Source: an uncultured Verrucomicrobiae bacterium (GTDB lineage Bacteria; Verrucomicrobiota; Verrucomicrobiia; Chthoniobacterales; Terrimicrobiaceae). Taken from it: a stretch of DNA of 64,000 bases. The translations under genes and the position numbers were made by a program. Below the pieces are notes generated by a model that worked only from the letters and a program-made list of their open reading frames with translations, did no database searches and was not told where the DNA came from. Of this stretch, positions 1 through 11,157 are shown piece by piece (positions within the stretch are counted from its first letter, which is position 1; the number at the start of each line of letters is the position of its first letter). The stretch lies in NCBI GenBank assembly GCA_963706955.1, contig CAVPOC010000013.1, positions 1 to 64,000 on the forward strand. The letters are read 5' to 3'.

Positions 1-2
1 GC

Positions 3-470
3 ATCACGGTCGCCTTCGGCTTACCAGTAAACGCCGGCTTTTTGGCGACACTACTCGGCGCAACCTTTAGCGGGATCGGCGGGACACTGGTGGGCCGTTC
101 GCTCGTCCAAAACATGCTTCATCTCATTCCGGGGGCGGGAGTCCTCTTACATGGAATGATTGCGGGAGCAACGGCAGCGATATTTACCACGGCATTTGGC
201 GAAGCACACATTACCGCTCTGACGTGCTTTCTTAAGGCAAATCCCGAAAGGGTGCCGACCGGTTCGGAGATAGCCACAACGCTAAAGGAGGAGTTGCGGC
301 GTCGTGATCCGTTTGCTCCAGTGAATCGCAACAATGCTGTTGCATCCGCTGGCAACTCCTTCCCGGAGAGGTCGCCACGCGGTATGCGTGCGACTGCACG
401 CCGGCAACGGGTCGTCCGCTTTTCTTCAAGCAAGCTGTTGACAAGACTGACCAACGCCTCTTCGAATTAG
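3..470 (+). CDS. DUF697/YcjF-family membrane protein, C-terminal part (5' truncated by window edge)
   Basis: Frame is open from position 3 (ITVAFGLPVNAGFLATLLG...). It has Gly/Ala-rich helices and the motif GRSLVQNMLHLIPGAGVLLHGMIAGATAAIFTTAFGEA, typical of DUF697 C-termini. Confidence 0.65.
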   Translation: MTVAFGLPVNAGFLATLLGATFSGIGGTLVGRSLVQNMLHLIPGAGVLLHGMIAGATAAIFTTAFGEAHITALTCFLKANPERVPTGSEIATTLKEELRRRDPFAPVNRNNAVASAGNSFPERSPRGMRATARRQRVVRFSSSKLLTRLTNASSN

Positions 471-505
471 AAAATCAATTTAGATATCATCCAACAACAT
501 TATCA

Positions 506-883
506 ATGAGCACAGCTACAAAAACACAGAGCCCGGTCGATCCCAATGCCTTTGCTTCCCTAGGGGATGCTTTGGAATCCGCGGCAGAGAGATTTGAAGA
601 GGGGAAAGCGCACGCGCGGCGTTGACGGGGGAGTGTGCGTCGGGCGGTTCGTGTTGGTGTTTACAATACGGCGTACTGGGTATCATACGGAGTTGTTTAC
701 AGCGCCGTCTTTGTCACCGAACTGCTTCCGGAAGAGAGTGTCTTGCGGCGTGGTCTCGAGGAAGGTGCCGACGCCGCTTTGGATGCACATGGCAAACTAA
801 AGATCGAAGAGGAAGTTGAAGAGGTTCCTGCGCCTGCGCCGGCTAAGCCGCCGCGCAAGCGTTCCTCGAAAGCCGCAAAGTAG
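506..883 (+). CDS. Small hypothetical membrane-associated protein with an in-frame TGA at 623-625
   Basis: ATG506 (MSTATKTQSPVDPNAFASLGDALESAAERFEEG...) is in frame with ORF 635..883 (VYNTAYWVSYGVVYSAVFVTELLP...GLEEGADAA...PAKPPRKRSSKAAK). A single stop interrupts it. Confidence 0.6.
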
Positions 884-911
884 TTGCTAAGAGAGCGCTA
901 ATTGGGTTGGC

Positions 912-3098
912 TTGCCCGATCCTTTCGGGCCGTGGCCATCCAGGCCCTTCGCTGAAATGCAGGGCGGAGTTTCACCGGAATTAGCGGGCGCCTTCAGGTG
1001 CGTTGGATCGAGTTCTCTTCGGACTCGGCGCCGGCGTCCCGCGCCCCTCGCCGATGTGAAGATTCAGGTGGTCGATCGCAACCCTTTGATGATCGTGCTC
1101 GGCGGGGGCGGATTGGCCAACGTTTGCCAAGCGTCCACTCGAAGAGAACTAATCAATCGTCTTTTTGCATTGCGAGAGCTTAGATCTCTGCACTTGGACT
1201 GCAGAAAGGCCCGTCTCCGGCTGCAATTTTCCTCATCGGTATCCTCCGTTTCCGACGAGCTCGCCACGATTGCGGAGGTCATGCGGCAGCGGACAGCGAA
1301 AAGATTATCGTTGCTTCATGACAAGGTGCTCCTCGGAGGAGAATCGCCACCCGAGGTCGAGATCCGTCGGTGGGGTTCCGGTCTTACTTTTTGGAGAGTA
1401 GACAATCCTTCCGCGCGAATCTTTTATTTGAGGCATCCGCTGCTCCGCTTCGAGTTAGTGCGCCGAGCGGTCATGGAAGAATTGGCAACCTATTCTGACG
1501 CGATCCAGCGTGTAATTGCCTTTCGAAAAGCCCTCATGCTTATTGTCCGGCCTTTTCGGATCGAAGCCGAAATGTTTCCGGAAATTCTGGATCCAGTTCT
1601 GACACGCTCGCTGGCGACAGAGGAAACCTCATTCTCTCCGCGGGTCCAGGATGCTCTCGTCGATGCCAACCTAGCGCTCGCGCCGATAGCCGATTTCTTG
1701 TTCCCGTCGGCTGGATTAGCTAATGCCGCCCTGACGGGTGCACTCACGCAGAAGTCCGTTCCTTTGGCATGGAGTCAACTTCGAAGTGGGAAGCTCACGG
1801 TGCATTCCCTAAATGTCCTTATCGCTGGCCTTTCAATTTTCGCCTTTGAATTTTTTGCCTGCGGCCCTGATGTCTCGGCTAACCCGCTTTTGGTCCAAGC
1901 GCACCCGATTGCTGTGTGAGCAACACCAAACACGCTTCCTGGCACGTTATCGACACCGACCGCACCGGGTCTGGCTGGAGGAGAGCGGAGTTTCCCTGGA
2001 GGTCTCCTTGGAGACGCTTTCTCCTTCGAGCGTGATCACGCTGAGAACAGGCGACGTCATCCCTGGTGACGGCGTCGTGGTGGAGGGAGCAGCAGGGGTG
2101 AACGAGAATTTAATCACGGGTCGGGCAGAGGTCTCTCGCAAGAGTGTCGGGAGTTCGGTTTTCGCGGCGACCCGGGTCGCCCAAGGAACAATGCGAATGC
2201 GAGTTCGTTCAACCGGATCTCAAACGGCTGCTGCTCAACTTGCGAGAAACTCCCGCGGAGTGTTTCTTGAGCAAAGCTCGGGCGCGAACACCCTCAGTCG
2301 GATCAAGGCAGATGAAGCCGTTCTGCCGAATATTCTTGCGGCGGTGGTCGCATCATGCACAGGCGGCTTAACGGGATTTCGTTCTGCTCTGCGCCCCGAT
2401 TTTCTCACAGGTCCGGCGATCAGCGAGCAGATGGCGGGCCTCTCGACGGTAATCTACGCGGCTAATCACGGCGTCATTCTTGGGGAACGATCGCCTTTGG
2501 CGCTGTTGCCAGCGGCGGATTATTATTTGTTCGATGAGACAGTTGATTGGCAGGAGGAAAGAGAGGGGCGAGAGGCCTTTCGCCGAGCGACCAAGGATGC
2601 AGGCGACTCGGTGTTCTTCACCTCACTGTCCGGCCAAGAAGCTGCGGATCGCGCGGCTCGGCTCGGATTTCAAGCATTTCATGCCGCCAGTACACGAGAA
2701 GATAAGCTCGATTTTCTCCAGCAGGGAAAATCACGGGGAAAAACGATCGTCTATATTGGACATCCTCATTCGGACGGCCAGCTAGCTACGCAAGCGGCGC
2801 TCCACGTTTCTGTGATCGCGCCACCGTTCAACGATCTCTCGGCAGCCCCAGTGGCCTTGCTATCGCCTGACTTAGGAAAGTTCGCCCTTTGCTCGATCTC
2901 GCGCGAGAGGTCCAGCGAGATTCCGAGACGGCCCTTCGGATAGCTTGGCTTCCGAACATCGCTGCCATTCTTGGCGCGATTTTGTTGCGAAGTCCGGTGA
3001 TGGCATCGGTGCTGTTATCGAACGTGGGCATGTTCGGAAATTATGTTCGGTCGGCGGCAGTCTTGCAGCTCGCTGCCGGGGGCCATCGTCGCTTCTGA
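912..3098 (+). CDS. Degenerate P1B-type ATPase-like protein (pseudo-ATPase 1), frameshifted near 1855 and 2890
   Basis: ORFs 912..1919, 1813..2943 and 2889..3098 join into one P1B-like protein. It has HMA-like N-terminal domains, A-domain GDVIPGDG and ENLITGRA (TGES lost), TM motif PDFLTGP and FDETVD in place of DKTGT. The N domain appears largely absent. The start codon is uncertain. Confidence 0.7.
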
Positions 3099-3117
3099 TC
3101 GATTCCGACCGATCAAA

Positions 3118-5684
3118 TCACTTGCTATCGACGTTTCCGGTCGAGTGAAGAGCCAGCAATGCCGCCGTTCGGTCTTTTGCGGCTTGGGCTTCCGCAACTT
3201 TTTGCAAAGGAAGCAACCCATTTAGCAATGCCACGACCGCGCCGACTTGATTAAAGATCATGGAATGCATCACCCCGAAGCCGGCGAGAAAGGCGCCGAG
3301 GACGCAAGCAGCGTTCGGCATGATGATAATACCCCAGCTCCGATTGATATTTTTCTGCAGGTCGTGGGAGACGTCGCGCAGACGGAGGAGTTTCTCCAAA
3401 CTCTCCTCCATGAAGACGACTTGCGCGGTGTCAGTCGCTATGGTCGAAGCCCCCCGCAGCGAGACTGACACATTCGCCTTTTTGAGAGCGATAGAATCAT
3501 TGATCCCGTCGCCGATGAAGCATACGGTGCGCCCTTCTTTCTGGAGAAGCTCGACGTATTTTGCCTTATCCTGGGGAAGCACCTCTGCGAAGTAGCGATC
3601 CATGCCAAGCTTTTCGGCCAGCTTGCGCGTGGGACGATCGTGGTCCCCGGAAATGATGGCAATGTGCTTTGCTCCACGAGCTCGGAGGCCATGAATAACT
3701 TCCGCAGCTTCGGGGCGATTTGCTGAGCACATCTCGATAGCCCCACCGAGCCTGTCGTTCACGGCGACAAGAATCAACGAGTTGCCCTCGCTGTGAATAC
3801 CTTCCATCTCCTGGTCAAGGCCTTTCGGTATTGGAATGCCCTCATGTCGGATAAAGCGAAGGCTACCGACGCGCACTGTATTGCCCTCGACGCTAACGGT
3901 GATGCCATAACCCACATGGTATTTGGACTCGTCGGTGGTTGGAATATCGAGCCCTCGCTCGACCGCTTTGCTAATGATCGCCTTAGCTATCGGATGGCTG
4001 AACTTGTGCTCTGCAGCCGCGGCCCACTTTAGAATTTGGTCGGAGGAATATTGAGCAAAAGTCAAGATCCGACCAACCTCCGGCTGTTCGCGTGTCAATG
4101 TGCCAGTCTTGTCGAAGAGGAAGGTGTCGACTTTTCGCATGAGCTCGAGAGCACGGCCATCCTTCACGAGAATGCCATGCTGAGCGCAAAGCGTCAGGGA
4201 GGTGAGCATGCCGAGCGGAGCGGCCATACGAATTCCGGTGCCAAGATCGCAATTCACGATGGCGACCGCACTGTCGATGCCGACCGTGCCTAAGCCGAGG
4301 CTGGCGAGTGCGAGTGTTGGGACGACCGCTTTGTCGGCAAGTTCCTCGCCTTGGGATTGCGAGCGCAATTTATAGCCGGCAGTGTCGTTGAGGATACGGG
4401 CGAGCTTGGCCGATGTCGTTTCGCTTCCGGCGCTGGTCACCGCTACCTTGATTTTGCCGGCGAGCATGGTCGTGGCAGCGAATACTCGATCACCTTTGGT
4501 CTTTTCGGCAGGAGCGGACTCTCCGGTGAGCGCATGCTGGTCAATCATCGCCATGCCTTCGACCACCTCACCGTCAACCGGCACGGTCTCTCCGGTGTGG
4601 ACGATGATGACGTCGCCAACCTGCAGCTTTTCGAGAGGCGTTTCAATTTCTATGTCATCCTTGAGAAGCCAGACAAACCGCGGTTGTTTTCCGAAGACAT
4701 TCAGAAGCATCTTCTTTGAATCATCTTCGGTTTTCTTCACCAGCTTGCGGCCAAACCCCAGGCACCATGCAAGCACTGTTCCGGCAAAAACCTGTCCGGT
4801 GACCAGGCAGGTCAGCACAACGATAGAATCAAGGACATCCACCCCGAGCCGCTTTTCTTTGAAAAGCACGCGATGAGCATTTTGGAAGCTTGGAACGACC
4901 GAATACAGGAAGAGGCCTGCGCTGATGGGCAAAATCACCGGTTGGGCGGCGATCGTTCCAACGGCGGCCAGCGCCAACGAAGCGGTGCAGATGGGAAGAT
5001 CAAGATCCACTGAAGAGCGTGTGAGGTCCTCCGCCTTCAGCAGGGCGTCGTCGAGAAGTTCGACCAATTGATGCCGCGGAAGCACGCGTTCATCGTAATA
5101 GACCAGCACCGTAGCGGTGAGATCGCTCGTCTGATAGCGTTCTACTCCGGGAACATTCATCAACTCGCGTTCAATCGACTGGCAAATGCCTCGTTTCCGA
5201 TAAATCGCCTGATTGTGAAATCGGATGCGGTTGCCGGTTTCGTGCCGCACCGACCAACCTGAAATCACTTGGCCGTGCCGATGCAGCCGGACAGTGTTTT
5301 CCCGGATCTCGGGCAGTCTTTCGGGGAAGATGAGCGTGGTGCCATTGTCGGACTCCTCTCGCGCAAGTAGTCGAGAGATTTTCTTAGGGATGTTCGATCC
5401 CGTAGACCCATTGGCACGGTAGGAGATCTTGGCTCGTCGATGATCTCCCTCGATTTCGATTGTTTCGACCTCCGCAAGTTGAAACGCTCGCGTGTAGAAA
5501 GCGTCGCGTAAAACAGATCATGCGGGTCCGAGAAAAGGGTGCGGCTTTGAAAAGAGATCCGTCCACTTTCAAGCTGAACCTGTATGTCGCCATCCTGCGA
5601 CGATTTCCTGCGTCTGGACGACAACGTCTTTGAAGGGCGTCGAGTGCGCGCTGAGGGCGGCTGGAATGCAAGGATCTGGGCCAT
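3118..5684 (-). CDS. Heavy-metal-translocating P1B-type ATPase with intact catalytic motifs; frameshifts near 5490-5520
   Basis: Motifs TGETVPVDG, DQHALTGES, FDKTGTLT, HPIAKA, SGD and GDGIND are present. An HMA_2-like domain (WSVRHETGNRIRF...LMNVPGV...TATVLVYYD) is present. The frame of ORF 3118..5268 stays open upstream to about 5490 and joins ORF 5265..5684. Confidence 0.92.
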
Positions 5685-5693
5685 GGCTGTTGC

Positions 5694-5999
5694 TTAAGCG
5701 TGCTTCTTGCTCCCCCCGCGACGAGTCTTCGGACTCCCCGAGGCTTCCGCTTTGTGGCGAACATTCCTCTTTTCCGCGCGGTAATCCTCCCACGCCTGCT
5801 TCTTTTCAGTAATCACCTCCGCGACTACCACATACGCCTCTGCAAGTTTGTCGCGGCCTATCTCGAGGGTTGATCTTACCTGATCTCTGATCAGCGGCCA
5901 TCGTTCACGGAGCGGTTCTACGAGTGTCTCCTTTGGCGACCAAAGCGGGATATCCTCAGAGGGTTTCCGCTTCGAGCGTGGGCGAAGATTATCAAACAT
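5694..5999 (-). CDS. Hypothetical protein (about 101 aa, basic C-terminus), upstream of and co-oriented with the active ATPase
   Basis: ORF 5694..6017; likely ATG at 5999 (MFDNLRPRSKRK...). Its stop is 10 bp from the ATPase start. Confidence 0.55.
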   Translation of the reverse strand: MFDNLRPRSKRKPSEDIPLWSPKETLVEPLRERWPLIRDQVRSTLEIGRDKLAEAYVVVAEVITEKKQAWEDYRAEKRNVRHKAEASGSPKTRRGGSKKHA

Positions 6000-6025
6000 G
6001 CTGGCAAATGTCGGCAACGATGAGA

Positions 6026-6041
6026 GGCACGATTGGTGCCA
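6026..6041. promoter_or_regulatory. Palindromic GGCAC-N5-GTGCC site; reads as a sigma54 -24/-12-like GG-N10-GC element on both strands
   Basis: + strand AGGCACGATTGGTGC; - strand TGGCACCAATCGTGC. It sits in the divergent spacer between 5999(-) and 6191(+). Confidence 0.4.
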
Positions 6042-6190
6042 ATCTTACTAGCGAATTTACAATCACGACCAATTCAGTCAATATTTCTTCCGGGAGAATG
6101 TCTCTGGCTTGACGCGATCCTGCGGACTTGTAGTTTCGGCGGGGACTGGCCGAGATGGAGGAACGGCGTTATTTCAAAGGGGACTGAACT

Positions 6191-8900
6191 ATGAAACCGA
6201 TTTTCGGGCGTTCTTCGATGTCGTCGCGGTCGCGGACGAGTCAACGCTCCCCGGATCGAGCAAAAAACGCTGAACGCCAAGATCGTCCATCTTCGATCGA
6301 GGAGAAGAGGAAAACGGCGATTAGCCTGAAAACGTTCCGAAACGGAATCGAAATCCGCAATGTCGCTTTCTTTCGTCAGCCTGATACCGCTTGGGGGCGA
6401 GAGTTCTTGGCGCGCGCCTTTGTCGTTCCCGAAGTTGAGGTTATTGAGATAAATCGCCGCAAGGGGACTGGCCGGATTCGCTATCGTCGCCAGGGAAGCG
6501 TCGCCGATATTTGGCGCAGGTTAAAGCAGGCGCTCACAGACGCGTGGTCACCCACATCGGCGCAAAGCTTCAATTCCCCTTATCTTGCGCATCCGACTCC
6601 ATCGGTGATTCGCATCAACCGTGTCGGAGAGGTGCTCTCCACCTGGAAGGTTTGCTCACATCGGCGCAATCGTATTCGGCTGATGCATCCTGCGCTAAAA
6701 CAACGGCGAGAAGTGGCTCATCAGTTGGAGGAAGAACTTACCGCCGTTTTCGGGGTCTCCCGCTTTCGGATCAACAGGTTGACAGCAACCGTCAGCATCG
6801 ATTTCCGTCCCGGAGCTCTCACGGCTGCTCATCTGGTTCGGCATTTGGAGGCCGCGTGGCCGCGACTGCTGTCCGGCGGCCGAGGCGCCACCTTCGGGCG
6901 CGCGGTTTTTTGCGGCGACAGGCATGCTCAGCCTGGCTTTTGCGGCGCAGTTTGCGGTCCCTTCGTTGCTTCCCGTGGCCTTGGTGGCGGTCGCGGCTTA
7001 TGGCTTCCCGAACGTAATTGGAGCCTTGAAACTCATTCGACGCGGCCATGTCGGCCTGCCTGTCCTCTACACAGGCACCCTAACGTTTACCCTGCTGAGT
7101 GGGATGCCGTTTTCTGCGAGCCTGATGGCTATGTTTATGCAGTGGTGGCCACGGTGGGGTTATCAAACCCTAACCGAGGGTCAACGCAGGCTTTTTGCAA
7201 ACCATCGTCAACGGGCGACCTGGGCCCGCCTCGCGACGGGGGGAGATGCCGAGATCACGATCGGTATCGATCGGTTGAAAATCGGCGACATGATCGAAGT
7301 CCAAGAAGGTGAGGTAATCCCGGTAGATGGAGTGATCGTGTCCGGTCTGGCGGCGGTGGACGAAGAGCCTCTCACCGGGCGAGCGGGAGCGTTCGATAAA
7401 GCGCCGGGAGACCCGGTCTTCGCGGCGAGCTACCTCCGAGCGGGGCAAATCCGCCTCCGGGTTACTTCTGCCGGACTCGAGTCTTTAGCGGGACACATCG
7501 GTGAGCAGCTTCCTTACGGACATTTTCGCGGTCTGCCTTCATCGGTGGAGGCCGAGGACGTAGCCAACAGCATGGTTGCACCAGCTCTGGCGGTGGCGGG
7601 AATGAACCTCTTGTTAACGGGTGAAGTCCTGCCATCACAGTCTACATTGCGTCCGGACTATGCAACGAGTCCGCGCCTTGGGGCACAACTGGCGACCCTC
7701 GAAAGTTTGGGCGATGGGTTGCGTCGCGGCGTGCTTTTTCGTGATCCCGCTGCTCTCGATCGACTGCCGGCAACGGATATCTACATTTTTGACGATTCGG
7801 CTGCCTTAGAACGGCGCCGCATTTCCGTTGGAGAGATCCTTACGGTTGATCACTCTTCTCCTGAGCTGGTGCTGAGTTACGCGGCCTCAGCTTTTCCATC
7901 ATTTCAAAACGAACGTGCCCGGTCCCTGCTGGAGCGTTGCTTGCTTCGCGGCGTGCCTTTGCAGGAGATTACCGACCGCCGTCGCGAAGCGGGGATGATT
8001 AGCTATCGCGATAGTAAGGGCGACTTGATTCAAGTTGTGGCTCCTGCGTGGATTTCCGCGCATCGAATCCCTGTGCCGCGCTCGCTGATCGCTGCGGTAG
8101 AAAAGTCACCGACCGCGTGGTTCGACCCAACCAAGCTCGTGCCCCACAGTGAGCCCCAATTGCGTCCCCTCTGGATCCTCCGAAATAACAAGATTCTGGG
8201 CGTGATTACCCTCCAGCGCCAAGGAGAACTGGAAGCGGCCGAAGTCCTTGGAACGTTGCGAGCTCGAAACCCCAACGCTCGTTTTCTCCTGATTTCGCGG
8301 CATACCCAGGCGAAGACCAACGCTCTCGCTTCCGAAATCGGCATTTCCACTGCCTATGGTAATCTTAGCGCATCAGCTAAGGCCCAAATCATTCGGGAGT
8401 TTGGCGGGCGCTCGATGTGGATTGGAGATGGAGCGGCTCTCGACGCGGCCGCGAGCATAGAGGCCAGCTTCGTGAGTGTCTCCGGTCGGAGGCGCGGCGA
8501 CGATAACTTCGGATCGAGCCGACGTGTCTCGTTGCAGCCAAGCCTACGAGCCCTCGTGCCGGTGCGGCGTCTCGGTCGCCGCCATCGTAAGCTCCTCAAG
8601 AATGGCTATCGTGCTATCTTTGCGACCAACCTGTTCTGTTTGGCGGGAGCTTTCTTAGGAGAATTCACCACGCTGACCGTGGCGCTAGTCTCCAACTTCG
8701 GAACTGGAGCTGTTTTCGCGACCCATCACCGGCAGATCAATGGTCTTGCAGGTCGTATCGAACGAAAACTGGGGCCCTATCTCTCGATGGAGGCAGAGGA
8801 TGAGGAAGCCGATGAGGCGGCAGGCAATGAATTAGAGAGTGTCGAGGAATACCCTGAACACCATCACGACAGCGAGCCGGACCGCGAAATCCCTGTCTAG
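6191..8900 (+). CDS. Degenerate P1B-type ATPase-like protein (pseudo-ATPase 2), frameshift near 6880
   Basis: ORFs 6191..7312 and 6924..8900 join. It has two HMA-like domains (LSTWKVCSHRRNRIRLMHPAL...VFGVSRFRINRLTATVSIDF), GEVIPVDG, DEEPLTGRA, PDYATSP, FDDSAALE instead of DKTGTLT, WIGDG and an acidic/His tail. Confidence 0.78.
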
Positions 8901-8921
8901 TATCGCCGCGAGCTCAAGCTC

Positions 8922-10381
8922 TTACGGACGTTTGGATACTCTATCAAACCGCCGATGGATTTCGTCGACGGAATGCTTCAGGCCATGGATCTTCTTGGGA
9001 GATCGCATCTTCTGAACCAGCAGCCAAATCACCCCAATGAACATATACGCGGCGAATAACCAAAGAATGAGCGGTGCGGACCGCTCGGCTCCGGGAAGAG
9101 GATGCTGCCGGGGATTCCGATCATTCCGGCAATGGGGAGAAGAAGGAAGGCAATGGCCAGCGCTGAAATCCAGATATCCACTTTGCGAAGTTGGCCGACT
9201 CCCCGCCGGTAGAGCGGTGCGGCGATAGAGACCAGAAGATAAACCGTCAGAAATCCAAAACTCGCCAGCGTCCCGAAATAGCCTTGCGCAGCGAAAGGAT
9301 CAATGGACGAGAGAGTCAGCACGAGAGGAAAGACCAGGGTGACCCCGGCCGAGATGATTATCGCGATGTGCGGTGTTTGATTCCTCTTGTGGGAGTCGCC
9401 CAAAGCATCGTGCAGAATCCCATGGTGGGCCATGGAGAAAAAGATCCGCGCGGTTGAGTTGATGCAGGCAAGGGTGCAGGCAAAGAAGCTCAGGAGCGTG
9501 CCAAGGTTGATCAGCCATCCCAGAGCTGTCAATCCGCTGCGCGCGGCGAGGAAATTCAAGGGAGCCTCGCTCTCGCCGAGATCGACGCCGCTGTTGCGGA
9601 ACCCCAGGACAAGCACGTAGGCCATGAAGATGAAGAACACGCCAGCCAGGACGACGCTCTGGATCAGAGAGCGGGGGATGGTTCGCAACGGATCTTTGGC
9701 CTCGTCGCCAAGCGACGTCGAGCTTTCAAACCCTGAAAAGCCAAACATGACTAAAACCACCCCCATGAGAATCCCCCCAGGGCTAGCGCCCTCCAGAGTC
9801 AACTGATCGTGGTCAATCGTCAGGCCGCTCTGCCAGCAAATGACAACCGCCAGCGCGAGAATCGCCATGATTGAGACGCCTTCCAGGTATAAAATCATCT
9901 TTGCAGAAAGACGAACGTCCCTGTAGGCGACCAGGGTCGCGCCTAGGATGCCGATAATGGCCAGTGCTGTCGCCGGTAAGTCAAGGCCGAGAGGTTTCAG
10001 GAGAATTCCGCTGAAAATTGCAAAGCCGCACAGCGTGGACATCCCCGTTGCCATGTAGCCGAGAAGAAGGCTCCATCCGCTCAAGACGCCGGCGGCTGGC
10101 CCTGAGCCCTTCACAATATAGGTAAAGAGCGATCCCGGCGACGCCGATCGTCGCGCAAATTGATTGATGTTTAAGCTAACAAAAATTAAGCCGACGATCC
10201 CTAAAAGGAAACTCACCCAAATCCCGTTGCCGGCCTTCGCGAATATGAGACCCATCACCGCCGCCGGAACCGTCGAAGGCGCAATCACTGAAATCGACTG
10301 AGCGAGCACTTCCGAATACGACAGGCAATGTTTACGGAGAGACCGATTGACAAAAATGGGTGGCGGCAGCGTCGCAGACAT
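8922..10381 (-). CDS. APC-family amino acid permease (frameshift near C-terminus, about 9080)
   Basis: Motifs LAQSISVIAP, SPGSLFTY and FSGFESSTSLGDEAKDP, with about 12 TM segments. The last TM and tail continue in a shifted frame to TAA at 8922. Confidence 0.9.
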
Positions 10382-10589
10382 CACTAGGCCACCCATCCGA
10401 TTTGCGGTTCCCCCGGAGCTCGACTGCCCCAATGAAAAACCTTGGCATTCCGCCATTGCCCCGCCATTCTGACCATATAACGACCATGCTGGTCGTATTT
10501 CAAAACCGGTGCAAGCCCTCATTTCCTTTTTCTCCCTGTTTATTATCCTGTGGTCGAGTATGACGCGGCGAGAGTCTTGATCAGGGGGA

Positions 10590-11157
10590 ATGCCTATGAA
10601 GAGCAGTTACGAGACAATCATCCGTTCGCCGATGGAGAAGGTCTTTTTGACCGTGGCGGACCTGGCGCGGTGGCCTGAGTTTCTTCCTCACTACCGGTAT
10701 AATCGCTTCATCAGGCAAACTGCTTCGAGCGGGCTGGTTGAGATGTCTTGTTATCGACTAGGGCTTTCCGCTGAAGTGGGTTTCCGAGTATCGGATCGAT
10801 CTCCCGGGACGTAAGTTGACATTTCGACATCTCGAGGGCGCCTTGAACGCGACGCAAGGGTTGGATATCGTGTGGAACTTCGAAGAGCTGGCAGAAAACT
10901 CTGTGCGCGTGCGACTGACTTATGAATTCACGCCGCGGGTGGTTATTGGTGGGCGATTGCTTGCCGCGTTGGTGCTTGGCGAGCTTTTCGTTCACAATCT
11001 CGCGGAGAAGACACTGGCCGGTTTGAAACGGAAAATGGAGGTCCGGCTGACGCCGGCGGCGGCAGTCTCCTTGCCGCCGGCGAAGCAAGCGTCTGCTCTT
11101 GTGCGGGGCAGGCGAATTCGGCGCCGTATTTCTTCTCATCCACGTGTCTCGGTATAG
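10590..11157 (+). CDS. SRPBCC/polyketide cyclase-dehydrase family protein, frameshifted near 10770
   Basis: IIRSPMEKVFLTVADLARWPEFLPHYR (START-fold signature) continues into ORF 10816..11157 (FRHLEG...IVWNFEE...LAEKTLAGLKRKME). Confidence 0.75.

Noticed and set aside
623..625. In-frame TGA as selenocysteine or genetic-code reassignment (also 61364-61366)
   Set aside because: There is no redox-motif context or recognisable SECIS hairpin. TGA is used as a normal stop by many genes here, and the region has other apparent errors or lesions.
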